Assembly: GCA_950097015.1 (NCBI GenBank)
Contig: CATNEN010000037.1
Coordinates: forward strand, 496,001 to 560,000
Direction of reading: 5' to 3'
Length of the DNA: 64,000 bases
DNA from: Macrostomum hystrix
Lineage: Eukaryota; Animalia; Platyhelminthes
The position numbers and the translations under genes were made by a program. Positions 49,301 to 62,629 of this stretch are shown in pieces. The stretch's first letter is position 1; each line of letters opens with the position of its first letter. The notes below the pieces were generated by a model. It searched no databases and had not been told where the DNA came from. It saw only the letters and a list, made by a program, of their open reading frames with translations.

Positions 49301-51935
49301 GGCTTTTTAGGGGGCGGAGTGGGAGAGTTAAGCAGGTTTTCAGGGGGCGGAGTGGGAGTGTTAAGCGGGTTTTCAGGGGGCGGAGTGGGAGTGTAAAGCA
49401 GGTTTTCAGGGGGCGGAGTGGGAGAGTTAAGCGGGTTTTCAGGGGGGGGCGGAGTGGAAGAGTTAAGCGGGTTTTCAGGGGGGGCGGAGTGGAAGAGTTA
49501 AGCGGGTTTTCAGGGGGGGCGGAGTGGGAGAGTTAGACCTTTTAGGAATGAATGTAAAGAAAATTGGAAACTTTTCTTTTTGAAAACAGCTGATCAGCAG
49601 CAGCAGCAGCTGTACTTGTCGCCTCCGCTGACCTCTCTGCGTCAGCCGCAGAGTCTTCTGTTGTCCCAGCGCGTGGAGCAGGCATTCGAGTCTCACCCGC
49701 AGTTTGAGCAGGACCTCAGCGGCCTGCTGCACGCCAGCAGTGCTGACTACCGGCTGTCGCAGACTCTCGGCCGCTGGTGCGAAGATCTCAGCAGGCGCAT
49801 GATGGAGGCCAACCATCGGGTGAAGCTGGACCTGCGAGATCGCGCCGAGCGACTCGTCCGCGAAGAGAAAGCCCGCCTGCTGGTGGACATGCGCAATCTG
49901 CGCGACGAGAACGATCGCCTACGGGAGGCCGTAACAGCCCACCGGGCCGCCCTGACAGCCAAGGAGGTCGAATTGGAAGGCTACCGCGAGCGTCTCGTCA
50001 ATGCTCACGAGCGCATCCGGGCGGCCCGCTGCTTCGCCGACTGGCGCGCCAGGTTGGAGGCGGCCAGACGCGAGGCTGCTCACGAGAAGCTGGCCGAGCA
50101 GCACTACCGACGAGCTCTGGCGCGTCGGGCCCTGGCCGCCTGGAAGGGCCGCCTGGAGACCACCTGGCGGCAGCTGGTCGAGCGCGGCTGCCAAGAGAAG
50201 GCCATGCGAGTCTGCGAGGAGCTGGGCGCCGAGTGCGAGGACAAGGTCATGCGACTGCAGGTGAGGCTGGGTGGGGAGTAGAGAAGATAGGACTGCTCAT
50301 TATCTTATCCCGTCTTTCTCCACTCCTTTATTCCCTAAACTCATAGATTCCCAAATCCCGTCATTCCTAAATCCCGTCATTCCGCAATCCTGTCATTCCC
50401 CAATCTCGTCATTTCCCAATCGCGTCATTCCCCAATCCTTTCATTCCCCAATCCTGTCATTCCCCAATCTCGTCATTTCCCAATCGCGTCATTCCCCAAT
50501 CCTTTCATTCCCCAATCCTGTCATTCCCCAGTCCCGTCATTCCCCAGTCCCGTCATTCCCCAATCCTTTTACACTCTGCAGTCCGAACTGGAAGCCGTCC
50601 GCTCCGAGCTGAGACGCGAACGCGAAGAACGCGAACTGGCAGAGGCTTCAATGCGCGAAGCTCTAATGCGCGGCGTCAGCGCGCTCAACATGGAAGCGAT
50701 GCGCGCCTTTGGTGGCGGCACCTCTGGCGTCAACAATGCCGATGTGGCCGGCGAGTCGCGTCGCGAGGATCGCGGCAGCAACGAGCGCGATGAAGCGGAA
50801 GACGACGACTCGAAGCCGATGACGCGCTCGCCGCGTCCGTCGTCGCGTGGTCGCCTGCCGGTTCAGGCGCCGACGGCGCCGCCACCAGCCTCGGCTGCGG
50901 TAACTGTGGGCTGGGGCCAGCAGCATCAGTCGCCTGTCAGGTGCGAAATTTTGTATATTTAGTTTCTGTAGGTTCAGGTTTTTGCCTCTGTGACACAGAT
51001 TTTGTTGACTTTAAAATCTTGCTACATTTTTTCTGCCTCTGGATTCAGTTTAAATTTCCCTGACACTAGATTCAGTTCGGATTTCCCAGTTTCTCAAATC
51101 ATTTGGGGTTTCTCTGTCGCTGAATTTTAGGGATTTCATTCTCGCTAATTTAGTTTCGATTTACGTACATGTACATAATTTTTTGGGATTCCCTGTAGAT
51201 AAATTTAGTTCGTATTCCCTTGTCGACAATTTTTTTGGGATTCCCCTGGAGATAGATAGTTTTGGATTCCTCTGTGGATAGATTTAGCTCGGATTCCACA
51301 GTGTAAAACTTTACTTTGGCATTCCCTTGTGGATTAATTTAGTTCGGATTCCCCTGTCGAAAATTTTTTGGGGGATTCACCTTTTGATAAATTTTTAATG
51401 TTCCCCTGTCTCTTGATCTGACTAGGAAATCCCGGACGCTCTATTTAAAATTGGATTTCCTTGTCTCCATGTAAGGATAAAATATTTTCTCTATTGCAAA
51501 ATTTAACACCGATGCCTCATTTACTTAATTTCACTTTTCTTTTCCGTCTATGGATTTAATATACCTCTTCGTACTTAGAATTCTATAATCATACGGAGGA
51601 GTCTCCTTTCCTTTCATGGATGAACTTTTAGTATCCGAAATAAATCACAGCCTCATTGCTCATCTCTGCTCCATAATTATTTTCCAGGTCGCAATCAGCC
51701 CGCGGCCATCAGCAGCAGCAGCAGCAGCCAAGGCAGCGGGGCCCAATCCTGGTGCAGTCGGACCTGCCAGGTGGCGGTCTGGCCTCGGCCGCGCACCAAT
51801 CGCAGCGCCAGGCAACGAGCGTGCGTGTTGAGAAACACGCCAGGCCAGCCAGCGCCAACGGCGGATCGGCTGGCATGTCGGCCACTCTGCCCAATTTCTG
51901 CAGTCCGTCCGTGCCGACGGCGACGGCTAGACAGT

Positions 51936-51972
<37 letters not shown>

Positions 51973-52033
51973 GGCCACAGTTGCCTACGGTAGGTATGCC
52001 ACGGCCGATCAGCACATCAGATTTATAGATTGA
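46322..52033 (+). CDS. POC5: Centriolar protein POC5, ~671 aa; exons 46322-46627, 48722-49055, 49590-50260, 50582-50940, 51688-52033 (3' end may splice further)
   Basis: WRQLVERGCQEKAMRVCEEL...SMREALMRGVSALNMEAM resembles the POC5 conserved block (WKDVVERACQARAEEVC...MKKAFMRGVCALNLEAM, from memory). SVRVEKH lies near the C-terminus. Phases join. Possible donors at 51989/51993. Confidence 0.85.
46640..48695. repeat. 22/24-bp minisatellite (cattcattcagtcactgactca), ~2 kb, POC5 intron 1
   Basis: Direct periodicity; fills almost the whole intron. Confidence 0.96.
49083..49535. repeat. 33-bp G-rich minisatellite (ggagtgggagagttaagcgggttttcagggggc), POC5 intron 2
   Basis: Direct periodicity. Confidence 0.93.
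50355..50565. repeat. 16-bp repeat (cattccccaatcccgt), POC5 intron 3
   Basis: Direct periodicity. Confidence 0.85.
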
Positions 52034-53974
52034 TGGTTCTTCAAAGCTATACTATCTGACCCATCGAATGCTTCGAAATCCTTGACGTACTTTTCTAAAA
52101 AAAAATTTTTTCTTTCGTTACATTCGATGCTGACCTCTTGTTTTCATTGTTCATTTATAGGGTTTTCCACTTGTAGTTTTACTTATATTACTTTTATAGT
52201 AATAGTTGGTAGATCTAGTTGCTTAAATCATTGCTCCGTCCTTTAAAAAAAATCCGTCCTTCATTCATCTTGTTTGTTACTCACTAACGATGTCAAACCA
52301 AAGTTCTTCCGAATTTCAACACGAATCGTGCTGGCCCCGATCTGCCCTGCTCCTGTAGCCCTTAATGTGTCACATCCTACTGACAGTAGAATGACGTTGT
52401 GAAGTTAATTTTACTTTCGCGAGTTTTTTAATTCGTTTTAAAGCCTTCATTTTGCATTCCGTTTCCATCCTGGCTGTGCCGGAACAATTTGTGTTATTTT
52501 ATATGAAAACCCAAATTATTTCTCATAAGTTGGCTTTGCTTTACTCGTGTCGTTCAGCTGGTGCTAAAACTGATAGAATAATTTGCCTGTAATAACTCAA
52601 ATGACTGTGTTTCGTTATTGTCTTTATTGATCACGAATCTGCTGATCAAAATAAATCGACTAGCGCAAGTATTTTGAGCAGCGCTCTGTACAAGTACTCA
52701 GCAGCTCAAGGACTTCTGTATCGCTACAATTTTTTTTCATCGAAAAAAAATTCATACTACTTAATACAAATAATTATGGTCAGTAGTATAAACTAAAAAA
52801 TCGAAGAAAACCAATTAAATACTATTTACGAGTATATTCCAAGTTAAGTTTATATCTTTTTAAATCTGGTAGCCTTTAATAATTTTACAATTATCTGTTC
52901 ACCCTCTATCGGAAATGAAATCTTTGTCATTTTCATATTCGTTTCACACATTTAACTTCGTTTTAATTGACACTTTAAAGCGAGCTATAAATAGAAGCCA
53001 TTTGCAAAACACACAAGAATTAGCTTTTTATAACGTCAAACAATGGTGTTTTAAGTTATTGTTTTTAGTATATGGTAAAAGGACGGGTAAAGCTGCGAAT
53101 TTTCGTAGCTTTTACGTAAAACAAAAAAACGCGCTAAAAACGTTTGATACAATTAGTAGTCTTTGCGCGTGTTTAAGCCGAAAACAATTATTACGTAAAA
53201 AAAGTGACAAAAGCGCAGTTTATTTAGCTGAACGCCAATCGACAGCATTCATTTGCCAGCTACGAGTATTTAATTTGGATATTTTAAACTGCGGATTAGT
53301 AAGATAATTTCTTAATCAGACTAGTAAAGTCGTTTTTCGATACATCGCTCCGAAAATGTGGTCGCACATTTCGTTTTAGGTTTGAGGGGACAAGAGGTAG
53401 ACCGACACTAAAAAAACTATCTAATAGCAGTTTGAAAGCAAAGCTTAAAAATTAGGATTAACATTAAAAACTGCAATTTAGATCATATTTGCTAGTACCG
53501 TTTTAGATAGATCGGCAGTAAAACAAAAGGTATGCAAAAAATAATAATATATTGGCTGATATTGACACAAAAGTGCGAAAAACATTACACTTGCCCTTAG
53601 TAGCCCTAAGCATTGATGTGATTGGCCGGTTTGATGATCGATTTGTGGAGATTGCTGTGAGATCACGCTGTTTTTTAAACAGTCCTTGTAAAGCTATGTT
53701 TTTTTAAACTTACTAACGCAAGTTTAAAGGTATATCTAAGATTGTCACGTGCAAGTGTGCTCAAATTATCTGTAGCATTCTCAAACAGAGTTCTGTTTAA
53801 TTTTATTTTCCCAGTGCTGTTATGCTAAATTCGTGCACTTCCTATACCATTGTCGACCCGTCACATGCAAACAGCGATAAAGACTGCTCGCTTGCCATCG
53901 AAAATATGCAAAATCTGAATCATGTCACAATCTGAAACCGGTGCTCACGCAATCTGTAAGTGACTGTCTCACTG

Positions 53975-54795
53975 TCTGCAACCAGTTGTCACACAGTCTG
54001 TAACTTGCTATAAAATAGTCTGCAACCAGTTGTCACACAGTCTGTAACTTGCTATAAAATAGTCTGCAACCAGTTGTCACACAGTCTGTAACTTGATATC
54101 AAATAGTCTGCAACCAGTTGTCACACAGTCTGTAACTTGATATCAAATAGTCTGCAACCAGTTGTCACACAGTCTGTAACTTGCTATAAAATAGTCTGCA
54201 ACCAGTTGTCACACAGTCTGTAACTTGATATCAAATAGTCTGCAACCAGTTGTCACACAGTCTGTAACTTGCTATAAAATAGTCTGCAACCAGTTGTCAC
54301 ACAGTCTGTAACTTGCTATAAAATAGTCTGCAACCAGTTGTCACACAGTCTGTAACTTGCTATAAAATAGTCTGCAACCAGTTGTCACACAGTCTGTAAC
54401 TTGACATCAAATAGTCTGCAACCAGTTGTCACACAGTCTGTAACTTGCTATAAAATAGTCTGCAACCAGTTGTCACACAGTCTGTAACTTGATATCAAAT
54501 AGTCTGCAACCAGTTGTCACACAGTCTGTAACTTGATATCAAATAGTCTGCAACCGGTTGTCACAGTCTGTAACCGGTTTTCACACAGTCTGTAACTTGC
54601 TGTCACACAGTCTGTAACTTGATATCAAATAGTCTGCAACCAGTTGTCACACAGTCTGTAACTTGATATCAAATAGTCTGCTACCAGTTGTCACACAGTC
54701 TGTAACTTAATATCAAATAGTCTGTAACCAGTTGTCACACAGTCTGTAACTTGCTGTCACACTGTCTGTAACTTGCTGTCACACAGTCTGTAAAC
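53975..54795. repeat. 44-bp minisatellite (agtctgcaaccagttgtcacacagtctgtaacttgctataaaat) between the convergent POC5 and GRK ends
   Basis: Direct periodicity. Confidence 0.93.
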
Positions 54796-55512
54796 AGCTG
54801 TTCTACGAGCGTAGACATCTAGAACTGTAGAGAGATCTAGAACTCAGAAGATTCACAAGCTCACAAGACTTGTTAGCTCACAAGAAAAAATCTATAAAGT
54901 ACATAAAAAGGCAATTTCTTAATGCAAAATTATATAGAGTAGGTCTGTGGGACAATTGAACAAAAGAGAGAAAATTTTTTAATCAAATTCAGTACAACTG
55001 CAGCTGGTGCTTAAGAATTAAGCGCATAAAAAGTCAGATTTGTTGCCTACATAGACAAGATAACCAAACGCAGAGCTCAAATTGATACGGTGGATTAGGC
55101 AGGAGAAAAAAATCTGTGTCTGTCACACTAATATCGACTTTTTGTTTTATAGTTTGCACAGGTGCGCACTGCCAGCTGTTGATTGCACAAAAATAGAATT
55201 CTATGTACAAGCTTCTAATTGTATGATGCTTATCAAACCCAAATGGGCTAGAATAAAAAGCTTTTATGACTAGAACGATTAGTTTGAAGAGACTATAGTT
55301 GCAAAAGTTTGCAGTTTATTGCATAAATGTTGCAATTAGAGATCCAAAAAGTGACACAGGCAGACATTTACAGAATACAAACAACGCTGAAAGGAGACAA
55401 CGATGAAAACACTAGATAGAAGTAAATCTATGAATACGCAAATCTCCTCATGAAGACACAATCAGTTCAACAGCCAGGCTAAACAAAAAACACACAGAAA
55501 CTTGCGGAAGCT

Positions 55513-58500
55513 TCAACTGAAACTGCCCCTATTGCTCCTAGCATCGCTGACACTGTCAAATGAGCCCTGATTGACGTGGCCATGTGATCCGACGCCGGCT
55601 CCGGCGCAAGCGTCACTGCTGGACCCGGCCCCGGCGCCGCTGCCGCCACCGCCGGCTGAGCCGGAGTCGGTGCCGTACCATCTGTGCACTTTCGGCTTCA
55701 TGCGCGACAGGATAGCGTTGCTGGCGTCGAATGCGGCCATTATCTCCTCCTTCCATTGGTTGACTAGGACGCGGTCCTATGAGAAATTATGAGGGGTTTC
55801 ATTCTAGTTAGTATATAGGAGTAGCTGAGTAACCCCAAAACTTGGTACATACAGTTTAAACAGTTAAAAATGAATTGACCTTTGAAATATTTTAGCAAGT
55901 TGAGTGAGTTATGAGGAAAATCTTTCTTTTTTAGATTTGAGATAAAAACAAATTGAAAAGTGAAACTTCAATAAACTATCAGCCATGAAGGCTCCTTTAA
56001 AAAATTAGTATATTGAACTAGCTAATAAACCCCCTACGCGAGTTATACATAGCGTCAAACTCAAAGGAGAATTGTTTTTACGCAATTTATTTGCTTTTTA
56101 AATCTGAAGTGCAACAGTATAATGTATCTACAAATTAAAGCAGGGTGAGTGGCAGAGCGGTCTAACGCGTTTGCCTCTCGCACCAAGGTCCCTAAGCACA
56201 TTCATTTGGTTGCGCAGCCGCGGAGAAAAGGCTTGGCGGCTTGTCGTGCAATTTACGCCCTTGAGGGCCAACCTCCAAGTCACAGTGAAAGTATACTGCA
56301 CTGCCTGACGATGAGAAAGTCAGGGCAGATGTACACACCTGTGTGTGTGTGTGCGTGTGTGCTCAGGAGTCAGCGAAATGGGCAGAACTGCCTCCTCGCT
56401 GGCTGCGCCGCAGCCCTCTTGCAATTACTAATTAATCTACAAATAACATCTGTGTGAAATGTTTGCTGATTAAGTGACGCTGTTCAAAGTAAAACTTTCT
56501 TCTAATAGAAGATAGTGTGAAATTATTTAGCTTAACTTTAGCGACGTAGAGTTTTAATCCTTCAAACTTATATACATTCAGTGCTTCCTTTGTCGACTAA
56601 AATATTTGCTCGTCTAGGTCTAGGGCTTGCATGGAAATGGCAGAAATAAGCATAAATTTGGCTGGACAATTTACAACTGAGACAGACGTCAGATAAACTT
56701 TTTCTCGTTTCTCGCTAAATAATAAATTGATTTCATTGAACTAAAAATGGGAGGAGCGTTGCGTTAGTAGCCGGTTTCGGATTTTGAATACGCTGAGTGA
56801 GATGAGGGGCTGTTAGTTGATTGAATGCAAAATTAGAGTTGTAATTGGAAATGGTCAATTCTATCAACACAAAGCACTGGCACAAAGCACTGATTCACAG
56901 AAAAAGCTGATAGAAGACGTGGAGAAGTGAAATAGCAATTCATTCGTTAGGCTTTTAATACTGCTCGATACTTTTTTATTTGCTGAGCTGAGCAAACGGA
57001 GCTGCATGAAAGATGGGCCGGCATGAAGAGGCGGAGACAGTTAAATTTCTAGAAAAAAATGCTGAGAACGAATAGGCAATTGACAGGAGCAGTCTGCGCG
57101 TGTGCTCAAAAGAAGAGTTCAACATAACTACAAAGACTGTTTTTAAGACAGAGACAGACGGGGAAGAAAAAAGGTGGGAAAATAGTTACTATGCGCTTTT
57201 AAAGATTTATTGAGCCAGCAGAAAGTGGCTGAAAAAAGCGATGGAGAAGAAACGTGTAGCTGAGATAGAAGGCAGTATAAAGGCGAAAGCGACTCAAAAC
57301 CTGCCGTAGTGTAAAAAATGCTGAGAGAATTGATGGGTGACTATTTTCTGTGACAGACTTTATCACTGCAATATTTCTTGTTCTTGGTTTGCTCAACTGT
57401 ACAGAAAAAAAGTCCAATTATCTCGAAATGTTAAATTTTGCGCGTAATTTTAAAAGTCCATCAGTGGTCTGTTTGCGCCACTGATGGCAAATAAAGTTTG
57501 ATACCCAGATTATATCTCCTGTTTAAAATACAGAATTCTGACATGCTATAGACACAGAATTCCTTATACAATCTAAATCCATAATCCCTAATCCTAGCTA
57601 AATCTAGAATCCCTAATCCAATCTATATCTAGAATCCCTAATCTTATCTAAATCTAGAATCCCTAATCCAATCTAAATCTAGAATCCCTAATCTTATCTA
57701 AATCTAGAATCCCTAATCCAATCTAAATCTAGAATCCCTAATCCAATCTAAATCTAGAATCCCTAATCCTATCTAAACCCAGGGTCCCTAATCCTATCTA
57801 AACCCAGAGTCCCTAATCCAATCTAAACCCAGAGTCCCTAATCCAATCTAAATCTAGAATCCCTAATCCAATCTAAATCTAGAATCCCTAATCCAATCTA
57901 AATCTAGAGTCCCTAATCCAATCTAAACCCAGAGTCCCTAATCCAATCTAAATCCAGAATCCCTAATCCAATCTAAATCCAGAATCCCTAATCCAATCTA
58001 AATCTAGAATCCCTAATCCAATCTATATCTAGAATCCCTAATCCAATCTAAATCTAGAATCCCTAATCCAATCTAAATCTAGAATCCCTAATCCAATCTA
58101 AATCTAGAATCCCTAATCCAATCTAAATCTAGAATCCCTAATCCTAGCTAAATCTAGAATTCCTAATCCAATCTATATCTAGAATCCCTAATCCAATCTA
58201 TATCTAGAATCCCTAATCCAATCTAAATCTAGAATCCCTAATCCAATCTAAATCTAGAATCCCTAATCCAATCTATATCTAGAATCCCTAATCCAATCTA
58301 AATCTAGAATCCCTAATCCAATCTAAATCTAGAATCCCTAATCCAATCTAAATCTAGAATCCCTAATCCAATCTAAGTTCAGAATCCCAGTTCCAATCTA
58401 AATCCGAAATCCCTAATCAAGTAACTCACATGAGATGACAAATAGACTTTCTGATCATTTTTCAGCGTGATGACGATGCAGTTTTCAAATTTGTGCAGCC

Positions 58501-58875
58501 GTTGAAAATCTGGCGACACGTCCCTGATGTCGAACATGCTGATAAGCTCGGCGCCCTTCTTCTGCACCAGGCCGTCTCTGGATTTGCCGTAGAACTCCAG
58601 CCGGTTGGGGAACAGGCGCAGGTGCCGCTTCTGCCAGGTCTGTAGGAACGGCCCGCATAGGCGTTGAATTTCGCCTTCCACAATGCAATCCGACACCGAG
58701 ATGAGCTGGTGAGCGTCTGTCTCAGACTTCTTGTGGCGTCGTTTCTGTTCGACCTTGTCAGTTTCCTGGTTGACAACTTCGAACACAGTTTCAGCTATCT
58801 CCAGTTGCCAACGCTCGGACACAACCAGGGAGAAGTTGCGGTACAGCTGCTGGTCAGCCTCAGTTAGCTTGATGC
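55513..58875 (-). CDS. GRK2: G protein-coupled receptor kinase of the GRK2/3 (beta-ARK) class, last two exons (58875-58430, 55776-55513); upstream exons not found in the window
   Basis: GIKLTEADQQLYRNFSLVVSERWQLEIAETVFEVVNQETDK, then a PH domain (DCIVEG...PFLQTWQKRHLRLFPNRLEF...LVNQWKEEI). A C-terminal PH domain marks the GRK2/3 class. Confidence 0.9.
56139..56434 (+). mobile_element. tRNA-derived SINE family 2 copy with B-box deletion and TSD
   Basis: Homologous to 21582-21950. atctacaaat flanks it at 56126-56135 and 56435-56444. Confidence 0.8.
57580..58415. repeat. 25-bp minisatellite (aatctagaatccctaatccaatcta), last GRK intron
   Basis: Direct periodicity. Confidence 0.95.
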
Positions 58876-58896
58876 CTGCGGAATGAACGATTCTGG

Positions 58897-59168
58897 GTGG
58901 GTTCCTGCTTCGATTCTAGGTGGGTTCCTGCTTCGATTCTAGGTGGGTTCCTGCTTCGATTCTAGGTGGGTTCCTGCTTCGATTCTAGGTGGGTTCCTGC
59001 TTCGATTCTAGGTGGGTTCCTGCTTCGATTCTAGGTGGGTTCCTGCTTCGATTCTAGGTGGGTTCCTGCTTCGATTCTAGGTGGGTTCCTGCTTCGATTC
59101 TAGGTGGGTTCCTGCTTCGATTCTAGGTGGGTTCCTGCTTCGATTCTAGGTGGGTTCCTGCTTCGATT
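58897..59168. repeat. 23-bp minisatellite (gattctaggtgggttcctgcttc), GRK intron
   Basis: About 12 near-perfect units. Confidence 0.95.
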
Positions 59169-59204
59169 CTTGCTAAGAATATGGAATGTACCTTCTGGTA
59201 CGGC

Positions 59205-61868
59205 TGGATTCTGTGTCAGTATCCTGCTACGATTCTGTATCAGCTACGATTCTGTGTCAGTATCCTGCTACGATTCTGTATCAGCTACGATTCTGTGTCA
59301 GTATCGTGCTACGATTCTGTATCAGCTACGATTCTGTGTCAGTATCGTGCTACAATTCTGTGTCAGTATCGTGCTACGATTCTGTGTCAGTATCGTGCTA
59401 CGATTCTGTATCAGCTACGATTCTGTGTCAGTATCGTGCTACGATTCTGTGTCAGTATCGTGCTACGATTCTGTGTCAGTATCGTGCTACGATTCTGTGT
59501 CAGTATCGTGCTACGATTCTGTGTCAGTATCGTGCTACGATTCTGTGTCAGTATCGTGCTACGATTCTGTGTCAGTATCGTGCTACGATTCTGTGTCAGT
59601 ATCGTGCTACGATTCTGTGTCAGTATCGTGCTACGATTCTGTGTCAGTATCGTGCTACGATTCTGTGTCAGTATCGTGCTACGATTCTGTGTCAGTATCG
59701 TGCTACGATTCTGTATCAGTATCGTGCTACGATTCTGTGTCAGTATCCTGCTACGATTCTGTGTCAGTATCGTGCTACGATTCTGTGTCAGTATCCTGCT
59801 ACGATTCTGTATCAGCTACGATTCTGTGTCAGTATCCTGCTACGATTCTGTATCAGCTACGATTCTGTGTCAGTATCGTGCTACGATTCTGTGTCAGTAT
59901 CGTGCTACGATTCTGTGTCAGTATCCTGCTACGATTCTGTATCAGCTACGATTCTGTGTCAGTATCGTGCTACGATTCTGTATCAGCTACGATTCTGTGT
60001 CAGTATCGTGCTACGATTCTGTATCAGCTACGATTCTGTGTCAGTATCGTGCTACGATTCTGTGTCAGTATCGTGCTACGATTCTGTGTCAGTATCGTGC
60101 TACGATTCTGTGTCAGTATCGTGCTACGATTCTGTGTCAGTATCCTGCTACGATTCTGTGTCAGTATCGTGCTACGATTCTGTGTCAGTATCGTGCTACG
60201 ATTCTGTGTCAGTATCGTGCTACGATTCTGTGTCAGTATCGTGCTACGATTCTGTGTCAGTATCGTGCTACGATTCTGTGTCAGTATCCTGCTACGATTC
60301 TGGTGTCAGTATCCTGCTACGATTCTGTATCAGTATCCTGCTACGATTCTGTGTCAGTATCCTGCTACGATTCTGTATCAGTATCGTGCTACGATTCTGT
60401 GTCAGTATCGTGCTACGATTCTGTGTCAGTATCGTGCTACGATTCTGTGTCAGTATCCTGCTACGATTCTGTGTCAGTATCCTGCTACGATTCTGTGTCA
60501 GTATCGTGCTACGATTCTGTGTCAGTATCCTGCTACGATTCTGTATCAGTATCGTGCTACGATTCTGTGTCAGTATCGTGCTACGATTCTGTGTCAGTAT
60601 CGTGCTACGATTCTGTGTCAGTATCCTGCTACGATTCTGTGTCAGTATCCTGCTACGATTCTGTGTCAGTATCGTGCTACGATTCTGTGTCAGTATCGTG
60701 CTACGATTCTGTGTCAGTATCCTGCTACGATTCTGTATCAGTATCCTGCTACGATTCTGTGTCAGTATCCTGCTACGATTCTGTGTCAGTATCGTGCTAC
60801 GATTCTGTGTCAGTATCGTGCTACGATTCTGTGTCAGTATCCTGCTACGATTCTGTGTCAGTATCCTGCTACGATTCTGTATCAGTATCGTGCTACGATT
60901 CTGTGTCAGTATCGTGCTACGATTCTGTGTCAGTATCGTGCTACGATTCTGTGTCAGTATCGTGCTACGATTCTGTGTCAGTATCCTGCTACGATTCTGT
61001 GTCAGTATCCTGCTACGATTCTGTGTCAGTATCGTGCTACGATTCTGTGTCAGTATCGTGCTACGTATTCTGTGTCAGTATCCTGCTACGATTCTGTGTC
61101 AGTATCCTTCTACGATCTGTGTCAGTATCGTGCTACGATTCTGTGTTCAGTCATCCTGCTACGATTCTGTGTCAGTATCGTGCTACGATTCTGTGTCAGT
61201 ATCGTGCTACGATTCTGTGTCAGTATCCTGCTACGATTCTGTATCAGTATCCTGCTACGATTCTGTATCAGTATCGTGCTACGATTCTGTGTCAGTATCG
61301 TGCTACGATTCTGTGTAGTATCCGTGCTACGATTCTGTGTCAGTATCGTGCTACGATTCTGTGTCAGTATCGTGCTACGATTCTGTGTCAGTATCCTGCT
61401 ACGATTCTGTGTCAGTATCGTGCTACGATTCTGTGTCAGTATCGTGCTACGATGTTCTGCTGTCAGTATCGTGCTACGATTCTGTGTCAGTATCGTGCTA
61501 CGATTCTGTGTCAGTATCGTGCTACGATTCTGTGTCAGTATCGTGCTACGATTCTGTGTCAGTATCGTGCTACGATTCTGTGTCAGTATCGTGCTACGAT
61601 TCTGTGTCAGTATCGTGCTACGATTCTGTGTCAGTATCGTGCTACGATTCTGTGTCAGTATCGTGCTACGATTCTGTGTCAGTATCGTGCTACGATTCTG
61701 TGTCAGGTATCGTGCTACGATTCTGTGTCAGTATCGTGCTACGATTCTGTGTCAGTATCGTGCTACGATTCTGTGTCAGTATCGTGCTACGATTCTGTGT
61801 CAGTATCCTGCTACGATTCTGTGTCAGTATCCTGCTACGATTCTGTGTCAGTATCGTGCTACGATTCT
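59205..61868. repeat. 24-bp minisatellite (gattctgtgtcagtatcgtgctac) with 17-bp variant, ~2.7 kb, GRK intron
   Basis: Direct periodicity; source of the 930/915/710-aa ORFs. Confidence 0.97.
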
Positions 61869-62629
61869 GGATAAGGAATTATGCTACGACTCTTAGCCCC
61901 ATGCACTCTATCCTAGCATTATTTAATATTTAGTTATCTCTCCTTTGAGCACAAGCAAAAAATAACTGCTCAGGCGGTCGCTTACAAGGTTTAGGAGGAC
62001 AACGTATTGTGAGTAGTGGGGCGGGGGAGGCAATGTCCGCCCTAATCCTAATAGCGAGGCTTTTAAGCTAGCTTTTGAGTATTTACAAAAATGGCTACTC
62101 ACCAAACCCTCTTATACTTTTTTCATAGTGCGCAAGCCTATTTAGAATATTTTTTATGTGAAGGCCGAGCAAGGGATCCTACCCCATCCCGCATCTCCTC
62201 CACTGCTCGGCCCACAATTGCCCACACCCCCAACAGCTACAACAATCTAGTTTTCCAGTTCAATGCCTTCGGTCTGGCCCAGAGTAGGCATTAATCAAAC
62301 TGGAGCCGCAAACATTGGGGGGCGGGACCGCTACAGCCCCAGCCACGCTTGCCCACTCAAAAAGTAGGATTCTGCTTTTATAGCTTGTGTGTGAAGCGCA
62401 TTAAAAAATGGTCAACGCTGCTTCTTTGCCTAACCAAAGTGTACTAACAAGTCATTCGACAACTGCATTATGGATTGCACCAGGAATTTGTGCACTAAAG
62501 CATTAAACTTTTTGGATAAATTTTCGCACAACTGATCAGAGTGGCAAAAGTCAAAGGGATCATAAAATGACAAAACTAACGGATGAGACCAGAAACAACT
62601 AACCCGATTACAAGCAGAATCAGAGAGGA

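Noticed and set aside
52915-53666. AT-rich ORFs between POC5 and GRK
   Set aside because: No recognisable homology or splice support; probably decayed repeat or UTR sequence.
57458-57487. Perfect 10-bp stem hairpin ccatcagtgg-N10-ccactgatgg as a Helitron 3' end
   Set aside because: No CTRR terminus follows, and no 5' TC end or second copy was found.
59104-61933. 930-, 915- and 710-aa ORFs (VSVSCYDS / CQYRATIL / VLRFCVSI)
   Set aside because: All three frames of a stop-free 24-bp satellite, antisense within the GRK intron.
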